Shown one piece after another: positions 1 to 9,263 of a DNA stretch of 64,000 nt. Position numbers and translations under genes: made by a program. Every line of letters begins with the position of its first letter. Position 1 is the first letter of the stretch. Below the pieces are notes generated by a model that was given only the letters and a program-made list of their open reading frames with translations, was not told the origin of the DNA and did not search any database. Origin of the DNA: Promethearchaeota archaeon (GTDB lineage Archaea; Asgardarchaeota; Heimdallarchaeia; Hodarchaeales; Hodarchaeaceae). The stretch is from the NCBI GenBank assembly GCA_048938105.1, contig JBHLMN010000012.1, positions 1 through 64,000 of the forward strand, written 5' to 3'.

Positions 1-2
1 CC

Positions 3-356
3 ATTACTCCTCTTGGAAAAAGAGCTCTTGAAATTTTAGATATTATTAATCGCGAAATAACAGAAGCAGACCAACCTTTATTAAAAGAAGCCTTCCTCTC
101 ACAGAAAGAAACAGGGAAACCTTTAGCTGTACAAGGGATCAATATAGGGATAGGAATGGTTTCTTTCATCATTGTTATTCATATGCTTATTTCTATTATC
201 GCTCTTAATACACCTGATACTCCATTTATTATTTATCCTATACTCTTTATATTACTCGTCGGAGAAATTATAATATTATTATGGTTACTACGTATTCGCA
301 AATCTACTCCAGCCTTTCTTGAACGGTTCTTTAGACATATTAGCGATACAGGATAG
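3..356 (+). CDS. 5'-partial membrane-anchored protein, probably winged-helix regulator with C-terminal TM helices
   Basis: Frame of ORF 156..356 stays open back to the window start (ITPLGKRALEILDIINREI..., like the end of a wHTH wing) and is followed by two hydrophobic segments. Confidence 0.5.
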   Translation: MTPLGKRALEILDIINREITEADQPLLKEAFLSQKETGKPLAVQGINIGIGMVSFIIVIHMLISIIALNTPDTPFIIYPILFILLVGEIIILLWLLRIRKSTPAFLERFFRHISDTG

Positions 357-389
357 TTAAAATTAATCAAAATATATGAGGTAGAAAAA

Positions 390-1175
390 TTGGATCTAAT
401 TCAACCAAAGAAGCATTTTTCAATAAAGAAATTGTTGGAATTACTATTCATGAGTAGTACACTCATTATGATTTTGCCTATTCTAGCTTTTGTAACTATG
501 TTCTCTCATGAGGGTGGCCATGGAATAATTGTGGTTCCAGCGATTATACTCAACCGAGAGATCCCAAAAGTCCCTGTTGAAGGCATGCAAGAGAACCCAT
601 TTAGAAATTTCCCATTAGGGATTTTTTCATTAGTCTTATCTTTTCCCTTAGGTGTTGTAGCTAATGGATTCCTATCATATTTATCTCTTAAAAATGCCAA
701 GCAATATCGAAACAATGAAACGATAAAAGAGTTATTTCTTCTTACAATTTTCCTTTCATTCTGTATTTTAAACTTCAGTGGTATTGTGACTAATTTTTTT
801 GGACAAGATTTCGCTTTTATTATCAAGGATATATTAAAAATCCCTTATGATGAGCAATGGTTCAGATATATTTTGCGTATAATAATTTACATCATTTTTC
901 CACTATTTTTAGCCAAAAAATATCAGTTTGAGATCCACAAAATGTTTATTATTTCTGGAGCTAGCTACTTGGGTTACATACTTGTAGTTGAATTGCTTAT
1001 GCCCCCTTTAGCTCCTATTTTAATGGCTAATTTTTGGTGGTTGTTTATTTTTGGATTACTTATATTACTCGGTACAATGATTTTTCTAATTAAGAATATT
1101 GAATCAATACCAACAATGTCAGAAGAAAAAATGGGTAGGATTGTTTTTAATAAGGAAAATTCACGAATAACTTGA
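390..1175 (+). CDS. Membrane metalloprotease-like protein (M50/M50B-like)
   Basis: HExxH motif (SHEGGH) within a hydrophobic segment; multiple TM helices. Confidence 0.5.
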   Translation: MDLIQPKKHFSIKKLLELLFMSSTLIMILPILAFVTMFSHEGGHGIIVVPAIILNREIPKVPVEGMQENPFRNFPLGIFSLVLSFPLGVVANGFLSYLSLKNAKQYRNNETIKELFLLTIFLSFCILNFSGIVTNFFGQDFAFIIKDILKIPYDEQWFRYILRIIIYIIFPLFLAKKYQFEIHKMFIISGASYLGYILVVELLMPPLAPILMANFWWLFIFGLLILLGTMIFLIKNIESIPTMSEEKMGRIVFNKENSRIT

Positions 1176-1200
1176 AGAACGGTCGTGTATTAATATTTCA

Positions 1201-2034
1201 ATGAAAAATGTTGAAAAAAAAGGTCAATTTCTGACTTTATATTTTCTACTATCCTATATCATTTCTTGGACCTTTTGGGTAGCACTAATTATCGCTTTTG
1301 AATTGAATCTTGGCCCTATTCAAGATATTGTTGATCCTACAAATGATTTTTTTATCAATATTGTTACAAGAATTGGCCTTTTTGGGCCAGTAATGGCAGC
1401 AGTAATTGTTATCTATGTTGAAAACAGAAAAAACGGTCTTCGTGAATTATTTTCTCGTATTAAAAAGTGGCGATTTGGAAAAGAATGGTATTTTGCAATA
1501 ATCTTCGTACCAATAATTCCTGTGCTTTGTGCCCTTTCTGTAAATATTATGATTGACGGTTCGTTGTCTGTAATCTTCAGTTTAAACTTTTTATTTAGTG
1601 CAATAATTCTTTTTTTCTTTACCTTATTCTTTGGAGGTGGACTTGAAGAACCTGGTTGGAGAGGTTACGCCCTTCCAGTGTTACAGTCAAAATTTAACGT
1701 TATTAAGTCAAGTTTGATCTTAGGATTTTGTTGGTGTTTTTGGCATATACCTTTGTTTTTTACGCCTGGATCATCTCGAGGAGGTCTTTCCTCTTTCACA
1801 GGTTTTCTATTAATAGGTTTAGGTATAACATTCATTTTTACGTGGCTTTATAACAATACTGAAAGCGTTTTTGCCACTATTCTGTTTCATACAATGTTCA
1901 ACTTCTCTTCGGAGCTATTATTACCTTCTAACGATAACTCGATTGTAGGAATTGTCTATTTGGTGGTATTATGGTTTTTAGTATTTATCATAGGATTAAT
2001 AAATTATTTGTCTAATCATGACAATGAACAGTAA
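1201..2034 (+). CDS. CPBP family intramembrane glutamic endopeptidase (CAAX/Abi)
   Basis: EEPGWRGY, FWHIP and LFHTMFN motifs; polytopic. Confidence 0.9.
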   Translation: MKNVEKKGQFLTLYFLLSYIISWTFWVALIIAFELNLGPIQDIVDPTNDFFINIVTRIGLFGPVMAAVIVIYVENRKNGLRELFSRIKKWRFGKEWYFAIIFVPIIPVLCALSVNIMIDGSLSVIFSLNFLFSAIILFFFTLFFGGGLEEPGWRGYALPVLQSKFNVIKSSLILGFCWCFWHIPLFFTPGSSRGGLSSFTGFLLIGLGITFIFTWLYNNTESVFATILFHTMFNFSSELLLPSNDNSIVGIVYLVVLWFLVFIIGLINYLSNHDNEQ

Positions 2035-2104
2035 CCAAAAAAGGTAACAAACTACAAGAAAAATGAAATTCAGCCCTTTTAGAATACCATATGATTTAAG
2101 TGGA

Positions 2105-2132
2105 TTTGAGAACAACCAGTCTTTTGCGAAGT
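2105..2132 (+). repeat. dif-like site (class I)
   Basis: tttgagaacaa-ccagtc-ttttgcgaagt. Confidence 0.55.
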
Positions 2133-2181
2133 TGTATTACAAGAGGTATCTTTTTATATATGTTTGAACATACACATACAC

Positions 2182-2403
2182 ATGGTAACAAAAACTATTA
2201 CTATAAAAGAAGAAGCTTATAGGGCATTGAAATCATTACAATTGGAAGGAGAATCGTTCTCGGACACAATTTTACGTATTTCTAGTTCATTTGGCAACCT
2301 CAAAGATTTTTGGGGTGCTGGGACAAAATCCTCAAAAGAATATGAAGCAGAACTTGCAGAAATCGAACAAAGACGGCTAAACTTCTTCCAAGGACGGCAA
2401 TAG
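2182..2403 (+). CDS. vapB: VapB-family antitoxin (DUF217-like)
   Basis: MVTKTITIKEEAYRALKSL...ESFSDTILR signature; immediately upstream of a PIN gene; ATG 2182 preferred over TTG 2164. Confidence 0.85.
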   Translation: MVTKTITIKEEAYRALKSLQLEGESFSDTILRISSSFGNLKDFWGAGTKSSKEYEAELAEIEQRRLNFFQGRQ

Positions 2404-2404
2404 C

Positions 2405-2800
2405 ATGAAGTTTTTAGATACTTCTTTCTTAATCGATGTCATTCGAAAAAGTAAATCTGTAAAAGAACTTTTAAATGAGATCGATGAACACAGACCACAT
2501 GTGACGAATACGATTGTCGTTCATGAATTTTTAGTTGGTGGATATGGAGCTCCAAATCCAGAGAAGGAATTAAAAATACGAAATGACCTTTTGAGTAGAA
2601 TAATTATATTAGACTTTGATCTTGACGCAGCAAATAAATCAGTGGAGCTTGAAGCAGAATTACGAAAGAAGGGGGAGTTAATTGGAGGAGCTGATATACT
2701 TATTGCTGGGACTATGCGCTCGCGCGGAATCAGGACGATTGTAACCAAGAATACTAAGCATTTTGAGAAGATTAGTGGTATTCATATCCAAACATGGTGA
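2405..2800 (+). CDS. vapC: VapC PIN-domain toxin
   Basis: FLDTSFLID, VVHEF, ADILIAGT and TKNTKHF PIN motifs. Confidence 0.92.
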   Translation: MKFLDTSFLIDVIRKSKSVKELLNEIDEHRPHVTNTIVVHEFLVGGYGAPNPEKELKIRNDLLSRIIILDFDLDAANKSVELEAELRKKGELIGGADILIAGTMRSRGIRTIVTKNTKHFEKISGIHIQTW

Positions 2801-2814
2801 TTAATTAATTCTTT

Positions 2815-2842
2815 ATTGTATTAATCCAGCCTTTGACACCGT
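2815..2842 (+). repeat. dif-like site (class I)
   Basis: attgtattaat-ccagcc-tttgacaccgt. Confidence 0.7.
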
Positions 2843-3127
2843 GTATGTGAATTCTAGATATCTCCTTCTGAATCTGTATATGTTATTTTTATCGAAGAAA
2901 TCACCAAGATGAAGGTAGAAGAAAGAACAAATACTAATAAGTTTTGTGATTTCTATTGTTTGAATAGGTTAGCTGAAAATCTAACCAATTCTAGATAACC
3001 TATCGATTTGGAGATTCTGGGTTTTCTTGATATCAGTGGAATCACTATTGAAGAACATCCGAACGATATTAATAGTAAATCCTTAGAGAGATTCAAATCA
3101 AAAGTTTTCGTAAAAATGGGATGAATC

Positions 3128-4534
3128 ATGGACTTGTTTGATGAAGACTTGCTGCTTCTAGGTCTAAAGGAAGGAGAAGATTTTGGCGCAAAATATGTGG
3201 AATTAAGATATCAAGATAAATATCTAGCCAATTTTAGGTATCGAAATGAGGAACTAACCAGTACATTAGGATCGAGAGAAGGGATATGTGCAAGAGTTTT
3301 GATTAATGGTAGTTGGGGGCTTTCTGCGACAAATAAAATATCGAAAAAAGAAATTAAAAATACTGTTCAATCAGCAGCTAAATTAGCTAAGAGTTCAGCT
3401 TCTTATAAAGATGAAAAAGTTACTTTAGCAGAAATAGAAATTATTCAGGATGAACAAATCTCACCAAGAAAGCGACATTTGTTTGATTTATCAACAGAAG
3501 AGAAAATTAAATCCATTATCAATGCGACGAAGGTTCCACAAGATCATCAGTCCATAAAAAGCCTAATGGTTAATTATAACGAGGTTATTGACAAACGAAT
3601 GATTGTAACTAATGAGGGGGCCAAAGTCAGCTGGATCGATATGAAACCTACTCTGATAGCCTATGCAGTAGCAATAGAAGAAGGAAAAATGGCAAGTGGA
3701 TATAGTTCTTGGTCCCATACATGTGGTGCGGAATTTTTTGATTTACACCCAGTGAATGAGGTTGTGGAGAACAGTATGCAGAAAGCAATGAACCTAGTCA
3801 AAGCACCTCTTCCCCCTAGTGGCGAGGCTAATCTCTTATTAGATCAACAGCTTGTAGGAGTGTTTGCCCACGAAGCTATAGGCCACTGTGCTGAAGCTGA
3901 TCTTGTTAGACTGGGGTCATTTACTCAAGGAAAACTTGGTGAACAAGTGTGTGATGAAAGCATTACGATTATAGATGCGCCTGTTGTAAAGGGTTCGGAA
4001 TGGATGGGAGCAGGATGGTTACCATTCGATGATGAAGGTGTAAGAGGAAAAACTACATATATTATTAAGGAAGGCATAATGCATAGTTATCTAACCAACA
4101 GAGCTTATGCAGAAGAATTCGGGTTGGAAGCAACGGGAAATGCAAGAGCATACAATTTTACTGACGAGCCAATTGTGAGAATGCGAAACATATATATTCA
4201 ATCTGGGGACATGACTCTTGATGAGCTATACGAATCAGTAGGTAATGGATATTATCTTAAATCCTTGCAAAATGGTCAAGCAGATAGTTCTGGTGAATTC
4301 ATGTTTGGTGCTGTTGAGTGTTATACGATTAAGAATGGCGAAATTACAGACGAATTATACCAGAATCCAGTCTTAACAGGAAATGCTTTTGAAGTATTAT
4401 CTAATATATTAGGGATAGGAAAAGATTTTGATGTGAATCTCGGAGCAGGATTTTGTGGGAAGGAACAACCTGCAAAAGTAGATGCAGGTGGACCACATCT
4501 TGCAGTAAGAGCAATGCTAGCAGGAGGAGAATAA
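3128..4534 (+). CDS. tldD: TldD metalloprotease
   Basis: FAHEAIGHCAEAD (HExxxH), FDDEGV, PIVRMRN and CGKEQ motifs. Confidence 0.92.
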   Translation: MDLFDEDLLLLGLKEGEDFGAKYVELRYQDKYLANFRYRNEELTSTLGSREGICARVLINGSWGLSATNKISKKEIKNTVQSAAKLAKSSASYKDEKVTLAEIEIIQDEQISPRKRHLFDLSTEEKIKSIINATKVPQDHQSIKSLMVNYNEVIDKRMIVTNEGAKVSWIDMKPTLIAYAVAIEEGKMASGYSSWSHTCGAEFFDLHPVNEVVENSMQKAMNLVKAPLPPSGEANLLLDQQLVGVFAHEAIGHCAEADLVRLGSFTQGKLGEQVCDESITIIDAPVVKGSEWMGAGWLPFDDEGVRGKTTYIIKEGIMHSYLTNRAYAEEFGLEATGNARAYNFTDEPIVRMRNIYIQSGDMTLDELYESVGNGYYLKSLQNGQADSSGEFMFGAVECYTIKNGEITDELYQNPVLTGNAFEVLSNILGIGKDFDVNLGAGFCGKEQPAKVDAGGPHLAVRAMLAGGE

Positions 4535-4535
4535 G

Positions 4536-5942
4536 ATGTCAAGTGAAACCAAAGAATCCTTTCTTGATATTGGCCACCAAGTGATTAAATATGCCAATAC
4601 AAAGGATATTGACGCAACAGAAGTCTTTTTCCATCAGAGGAAAGCGATTCAAGTCCTGACCGAGGGACAATCCATTGCTACCGAGAGGCTTACATCTGAA
4701 TCTGGATTTGCTATAAGAGTACTCAACAAGGATGTCGAAGGATTCTCTTATACAAATAAAACCGATATTAAGGCTCTAGAGTCTTGTGTTGATGAAGCAG
4801 TTAACATAGCTCGTGTTGTTCCACCCACACCTGGAATTAGATTTACGGTACCAACAGATTATCCCCAGATTACGGGTAGATATACCACTTCAATTGCTGA
4901 TTTAACCAGTGAAGAGTTAATTGATAATGCTAAAATGGTACTTCACCCATTAAAAGAAGCAAAAGTTAGTGTAAGAACCAACCTAAGTCAAATAGCGGTT
5001 CATGAAGAGGCTTACGGGATCATTAATTCCTTAGGTGTTGAAGGATATTCAAGATCAAATTGTATTAAAGGACTTTTTCTGGCGGTTGCTCGAGAGGGGG
5101 ATAAAGTGGGATCATTTGTTTTTGATGATTTTTTTGCCCATGAAAGTAATCAAATTAACTTTTCAGAGTTTGGAGAATCATTAACCACAAAAGCCATGCA
5201 AAATTTAGCAGCAAAAACACCTCCTACTATAGATTCAGATGTGGTGGTTTTTAGTAAAAATGGTGTTTTCGAACCCCTTTTATACGTCATCGCACATTCT
5301 ATAAGGGCTGATAGCGTGGATCAAAAAAGATCTATGTGGATGGATCATTTAGCTGATTCAGTTGCAGTAGAAACCTTCACTCTTATAGACGATTCCCATA
5401 ATCCCAGTGCTGGAGGCGGATGTAGAGCCTTTGATGACGAAGGGAATCCTACATGTAAAACCTCAATCATTAAGAAGGGAATTCTTGAAACCTTCCTCTT
5501 CGATGAATTAAGAGCAAATAAAATGGAAACTCAATCCACAGGTAACTCTTGGAGAGGATTGGGAGGAATAAAATTCCTACAACCACCTAGCGAAATTTTT
5601 CCCAACGCTCCCGTAATCTTACCAGGAGACATGGAGACTGAAGAATTCTATGAAGATATAAAACTTGGGATTCAATTTGAATACTTTTCTGGATCCGTTA
5701 GACCAGAGAACGGGATATTTAGTGGGGTGGCAAAAGGAGCTCAACTAATCAGGAATGGGGAATTAGCAGAGCCACTAATCAATGTGTCGATTGGTGGGAA
5801 CATCTTTGACTGCTTAACAAATATCACAGGGCTTTCAAAAGAGACAGAGTTGACTGGAGGGGGATTTATATTGGCAGGTGGCGTATCTTTAACTACTCCC
5901 CTTATCAAAACACATGGAATTAAAATTACGACACAGAAATGA
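4536..5942 (+). CDS. pmbA: TldE/PmbA partner
   Basis: FDDEG and STGN motifs, lacks HExxxH; directly downstream of tldD. Confidence 0.88.
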   Translation: MSSETKESFLDIGHQVIKYANTKDIDATEVFFHQRKAIQVLTEGQSIATERLTSESGFAIRVLNKDVEGFSYTNKTDIKALESCVDEAVNIARVVPPTPGIRFTVPTDYPQITGRYTTSIADLTSEELIDNAKMVLHPLKEAKVSVRTNLSQIAVHEEAYGIINSLGVEGYSRSNCIKGLFLAVAREGDKVGSFVFDDFFAHESNQINFSEFGESLTTKAMQNLAAKTPPTIDSDVVVFSKNGVFEPLLYVIAHSIRADSVDQKRSMWMDHLADSVAVETFTLIDDSHNPSAGGGCRAFDDEGNPTCKTSIIKKGILETFLFDELRANKMETQSTGNSWRGLGGIKFLQPPSEIFPNAPVILPGDMETEEFYEDIKLGIQFEYFSGSVRPENGIFSGVAKGAQLIRNGELAEPLINVSIGGNIFDCLTNITGLSKETELTGGGFILAGGVSLTTPLIKTHGIKITTQK

Positions 5943-6065
5943 GTGTTTTATGCCCAAAATTCGAGTAACTACTTAATAAATTACTCGGAATAGTATTTAT
6001 GTCCCTCTGATCTAGCCAACTTCTTAGTAAACCTTATAGAGAAATCAACCAGAGAATTTTTGATT

Positions 6066-6093
6066 TTGGTGTTAATCCAACCATAGTTTTAAA
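6066..6093 (+). repeat. dif-like site (degenerate right arm)
   Basis: ttggtgttaat-ccaacc-atagttttaaa; left arm and core match the 50609 site. Confidence 0.6.
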
Positions 6094-6317
6094 AAAGATA
6101 AAAATAAACTTCAGAGGGATTTTTTCAAGAGAATAAGACATGGAGGAGGAGTTCTTGAATAAATACCAATGAAGGCACTAAAACCTGCTTCTATAGACAA
6201 AGATTTTTGAGATAAAGTGTTATATCTCTGGACATATCTTAGAAAGCTGAGAATTATGGAAAGATAAACTCAAGGGTCACATTAAGACACCTGGCGCAAT
6301 TTGGGAAGTATTTATTC

Positions 6318-7622
6318 TTGAAAAAGATAAAATTTTTGATTTATTTTCCTTTGATTTTATTACTACTAATAAATCATCAAATAACAAATCCTTCGAAAAT
6401 TACTGTTAAAGCAAATGGTAGTAATTCAAAAGAATTTGGTTGGCATTTGCATAAAATTCATGCTATAGATGCTTGGAAAATTACAAATGGCTCATCTGAT
6501 ATAAGTATAGCAGTTATTGATTCTGGAATTAATTTTAGTCATCCAGAATTAACTCATGCACAGTGGATAAACAAAGGTGAAGATCCAGATGGAAATAATG
6601 GATTAGATGATGATAACAATGGTTATACGGATGATAGATGGGGATGGGATTTTGTGAGTCAAGATAAAATACCCGGTCCTGAACCTAGTGACCCCATTCA
6701 TAGGCATGCTACTTTTATTGCTGGAATAATCGCTGCATCCATTAATAATGAGGGGATTGCTGGGATTGCTTCTAATGTCACTATCATGGATCTTCGAGTT
6801 CTTAAAGATGATAATTATGCTGGAACTACTAATGAAGGATTAGGCGAATCTATTCGTTATGCAGTTGATAATGGAGCAGATATTATCAGTATGAGCTTAC
6901 AATATTATCCCAATTCAACAGTTTATTATGATGATATACAATATGCTGTAGCAAATGATGTTCCTATTGTTTCTATTACAGGTAATACTTGGTTAGCATC
7001 CGGTGGTGGAAAATATTATCAATCATTTCCAGGAGGGTATAATGAGGTAATTTCAGTTGGAGCTACTAATTATACTGACCATAAAGCTGATTATAGTAAT
7101 TATGGCGAATGGACTGAGCTAGTAGCTCCTGTGGGTGATCAAATGTATGATACTCTTGATCACTTGATTAAAAGCACTCATTTAAATGGAAAAAGTTATG
7201 CCAATAGTTATGGAACATCTTACGCTTGTCCACAAGTTTCAGCAACAATTGCTTTAATGAAATCAATCAATTCAGAAGTCTCATATAATGAAATTAGAGA
7301 AATCTTACATGCGACTGCAACAGATCTTGGTATTGCTGGTAAAGATGATTATTTTGGTTATGGAATGCTTAATGTTACTGGAGCTCTTGAAGAATTAATT
7401 GATAAAACAACTACTGTTTCAACATCCACTTCTTCAACAGCTTCTACAAATACCTCCACTTCTTCAACAGCTTCTACAAATATCTCCACTTCTTCAACAG
7501 CTTCTACAAATTCAATAACATCGAGGAATGGAATTGGAGGTTATCCTACAACCATAACTTTGTTTTGCATTTCTTTACTAATAGTTAGTGATCGTATAAG
7601 AAAATACAAGAAGAGAAAATAG
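6318..7622 (+). CDS. Secreted, membrane-anchored S8 subtilisin-like serine protease
   Basis: Catalytic triad motifs AVIDSG, HATFIAG and GTSYACP; signal peptide; S/T-rich linker, TM helix, basic tail. Confidence 0.92.
   Translation: MKKIKFLIYFPLILLLLINHQITNPSKITVKANGSNSKEFGWHLHKIHAIDAWKITNGSSDISIAVIDSGINFSHPELTHAQWINKGEDPDGNNGLDDDNNGYTDDRWGWDFVSQDKIPGPEPSDPIHRHATFIAGIIAASINNEGIAGIASNVTIMDLRVLKDDNYAGTTNEGLGESIRYAVDNGADIISMSLQYYPNSTVYYDDIQYAVANDVPIVSITGNTWLASGGGKYYQSFPGGYNEVISVGATNYTDHKADYSNYGEWTELVAPVGDQMYDTLDHLIKSTHLNGKSYANSYGTSYACPQVSATIALMKSINSEVSYNEIREILHATATDLGIAGKDDYFGYGMLNVTGALEELIDKTTTVSTSTSSTASTNTSTSSTASTNISTSSTASTNSITSRNGIGGYPTTITLFCISLLIVSDRIRKYKKRK
7421..7510 (+). repeat. 30-bp coding tandem repeat x3 (S/T linker)
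   Basis: tccacttcttcaacagcttctacaaa repeated with period 30. Confidence 0.9.
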
Positions 7623-7693
7623 GTAGAAAGAGTCGATCTCTAAACGAAATTTTTCTTGATAAGATGAACTTAAGGTCACATTAAGACAACTGA

Positions 7694-8233
7694 TCAAAGA
7701 GAAGAAAAAATTCTAGTTACCAAGGAGTGAAGGATTCTCGCAAATTCCTTGAAATCATCATTTGGAATAAAATAATAAAATTCGGATGATCCAACCTCCA
7801 GCTGGAGTGGTTCATTAACAATAGGATCATCAGGTGATCTTAGGATTCCAATAAATGCGATTGGAACATCAATGGGATTGATATCTTTGAAACGCTGGTA
7901 TAAGGCCCTTGATGCTTCAAAGGAATCATTACTGTCTTTTAAAAATGCAATAATGGCCCCACTGGAATGAAAATGATGACCAAACATTTTATTATAGAAG
8001 CCGCTTCCAATTGGTTGGACTAGAATTACTTTTACTATTCTATTAACAACAGAGATATCTATTGTTGAAACAACAAGTGACAAGTCTTCAATTGTTTGAC
8101 TTATGGATTGACCATTAAATTTTTGAATCAAAACACGGACTAACGGGAATAATAAATCCACAGGATGGCATAATAGGGAGATGCGAATCATATATTTATT
8201 GGATTGTTTTATGACTGGCAATTGATCCCTCAA
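7694..8233 (-). CDS. Degenerate Ras/Rab-like small GTPase (pseudo-GTPase)
   Basis: Spacing matches the Rab fold (TIDISVVNRIVKVILVQPIGSGFY...SSGAIIAF...DSF...VPIAFIG) but the G1, G3 and G4 motifs are lost. Confidence 0.55.
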   Translation of the reverse strand: MRDQLPVIKQSNKYMIRISLLCHPVDLLFPLVRVLIQKFNGQSISQTIEDLSLVVSTIDISVVNRIVKVILVQPIGSGFYNKMFGHHFHSSGAIIAFLKDSNDSFEASRALYQRFKDINPIDVPIAFIGILRSPDDPIVNEPLQLEVGSSEFYYFIPNDDFKEFARILHSLVTRIFSSL

Positions 8234-8524
8234 ATAACGTGAATTAATGATTATAAATAACTGATGTTCACAAAAGACTTATTCAAAAATCCTTCAGATT
8301 TTTACAAAATTGACTAACCCATCAAATTCATCGTCAAATGTAACAAGATATTCAATATTTTATGATTCCATATAAGCTAAAATGGTACAATCAGTGAAGC
8401 TGAGAGGTTTTTTTGGCCAGTCAGTTAGTTGTTTCCATTTCTTCCAAGATATTCCAAAATGTTTGTCTTCAATTTTCTTAAATTGGACAAATTCTGGTTT
8501 CTGACATGTAACCTTATATGCATT

Positions 8525-8626
8525 AATAACTAAATCTTTCCTCTCTCGCCTCCTTCTCCCACGCTTCAAAGTTTTCCATATATTCTTCTGCTAATTGTCT
8601 TGCATTACTCACTGGCCTTTTTTTCA
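8525..8626 (-). pseudogene. Remnant of the PIN-toxin/antitoxin module (paralogue of 42082-42823) with the PIN gene deleted
   Basis: Reads MKKRPVSNARQLAEEYMENFEAWEKEAREER vs MSNARKLAEEYMENFEAWEKEAKEER at 42330; upstream DNA resembles 42820-42940; boundaries approximate. Confidence 0.75.
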
Positions 8627-8731
8627 TTTCAACCCAATGGTATTTACAATTTTAAGAATTTATAAAGGTATATTGTAATCTTACATCTCAATAAAGAATA
8701 ATAAGCATTTTTGATGGATAATTTGGGTTCA

Positions 8732-8759
8732 ATGTCACAAAAGGCTGGATTAGCACTTA
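8732..8759 (-). repeat. dif-like site (class I)
   Basis: atgtcacaaaa-ggctgg-attagcactta. Confidence 0.85.
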
Positions 8760-8831
8760 CAAGAATTATTAATCAAAAATGATTGTCCTCGAAAAAAAGC
8801 AATTTTTAAATATTAATTAACTGATAAAGAA

Positions 8832-9104
8832 ATGGGGTATGTAAAAATGGGTTGGAAAAAAAATTTAATTATTTTGGCTCTCATCTTTATTTTTTTAGTT
8901 GGATTCATGCTTTTTATAGATGAAATCCGTATTGTTCCGTTTTTAGAAGTTTTAGCTCCACTACTGGATGATATCGGATTCCCTGAACGCATTTTACCTG
9001 ATTTAAGTGCAATTCATATTGCTGGTTTGCATCATTGGATTTTCGGTGTTCTCTTAATGCTAATATCTAGTATAGGATTGGTATATACAATCAAAAAGAG
9101 ATGA
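8832..9104 (+). CDS. Small two-TM membrane protein
   Basis: Two hydrophobic helices, LHHWIFG motif; sole gene between two sites. Confidence 0.6.
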   Translation: MGYVKMGWKKNLIILALIFIFLVGFMLFIDEIRIVPFLEVLAPLLDDIGFPERILPDLSAIHIAGLHHWIFGVLLMLISSIGLVYTIKKR

Positions 9105-9180
9105 TTAAAACAGGAAAAGGGTTATTCTTTTTTGAAACTAAGTAAGAGAGATTCATATAGCTAGAAACCAGGATGCAAAT

Positions 9181-9208
9181 TCGTCGTAAAAGGCTAGTTT
9201 AGGTTAGA
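9181..9208 (-). repeat. dif-like site (class I)
   Basis: tcgtcgtaaaa-ggctag-tttaggttaga. Confidence 0.75.
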
Positions 9209-9263
9209 AAAATATAAACAGATCTAGATCACTATTAGAAAAAGTAGACCAATCATAAGGGCT

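Noticed and set aside
3128-5942. tldD/tldE as part of a RiPP cluster
   Set aside because: No precursor peptide, YcaO or other modification genes are adjacent.
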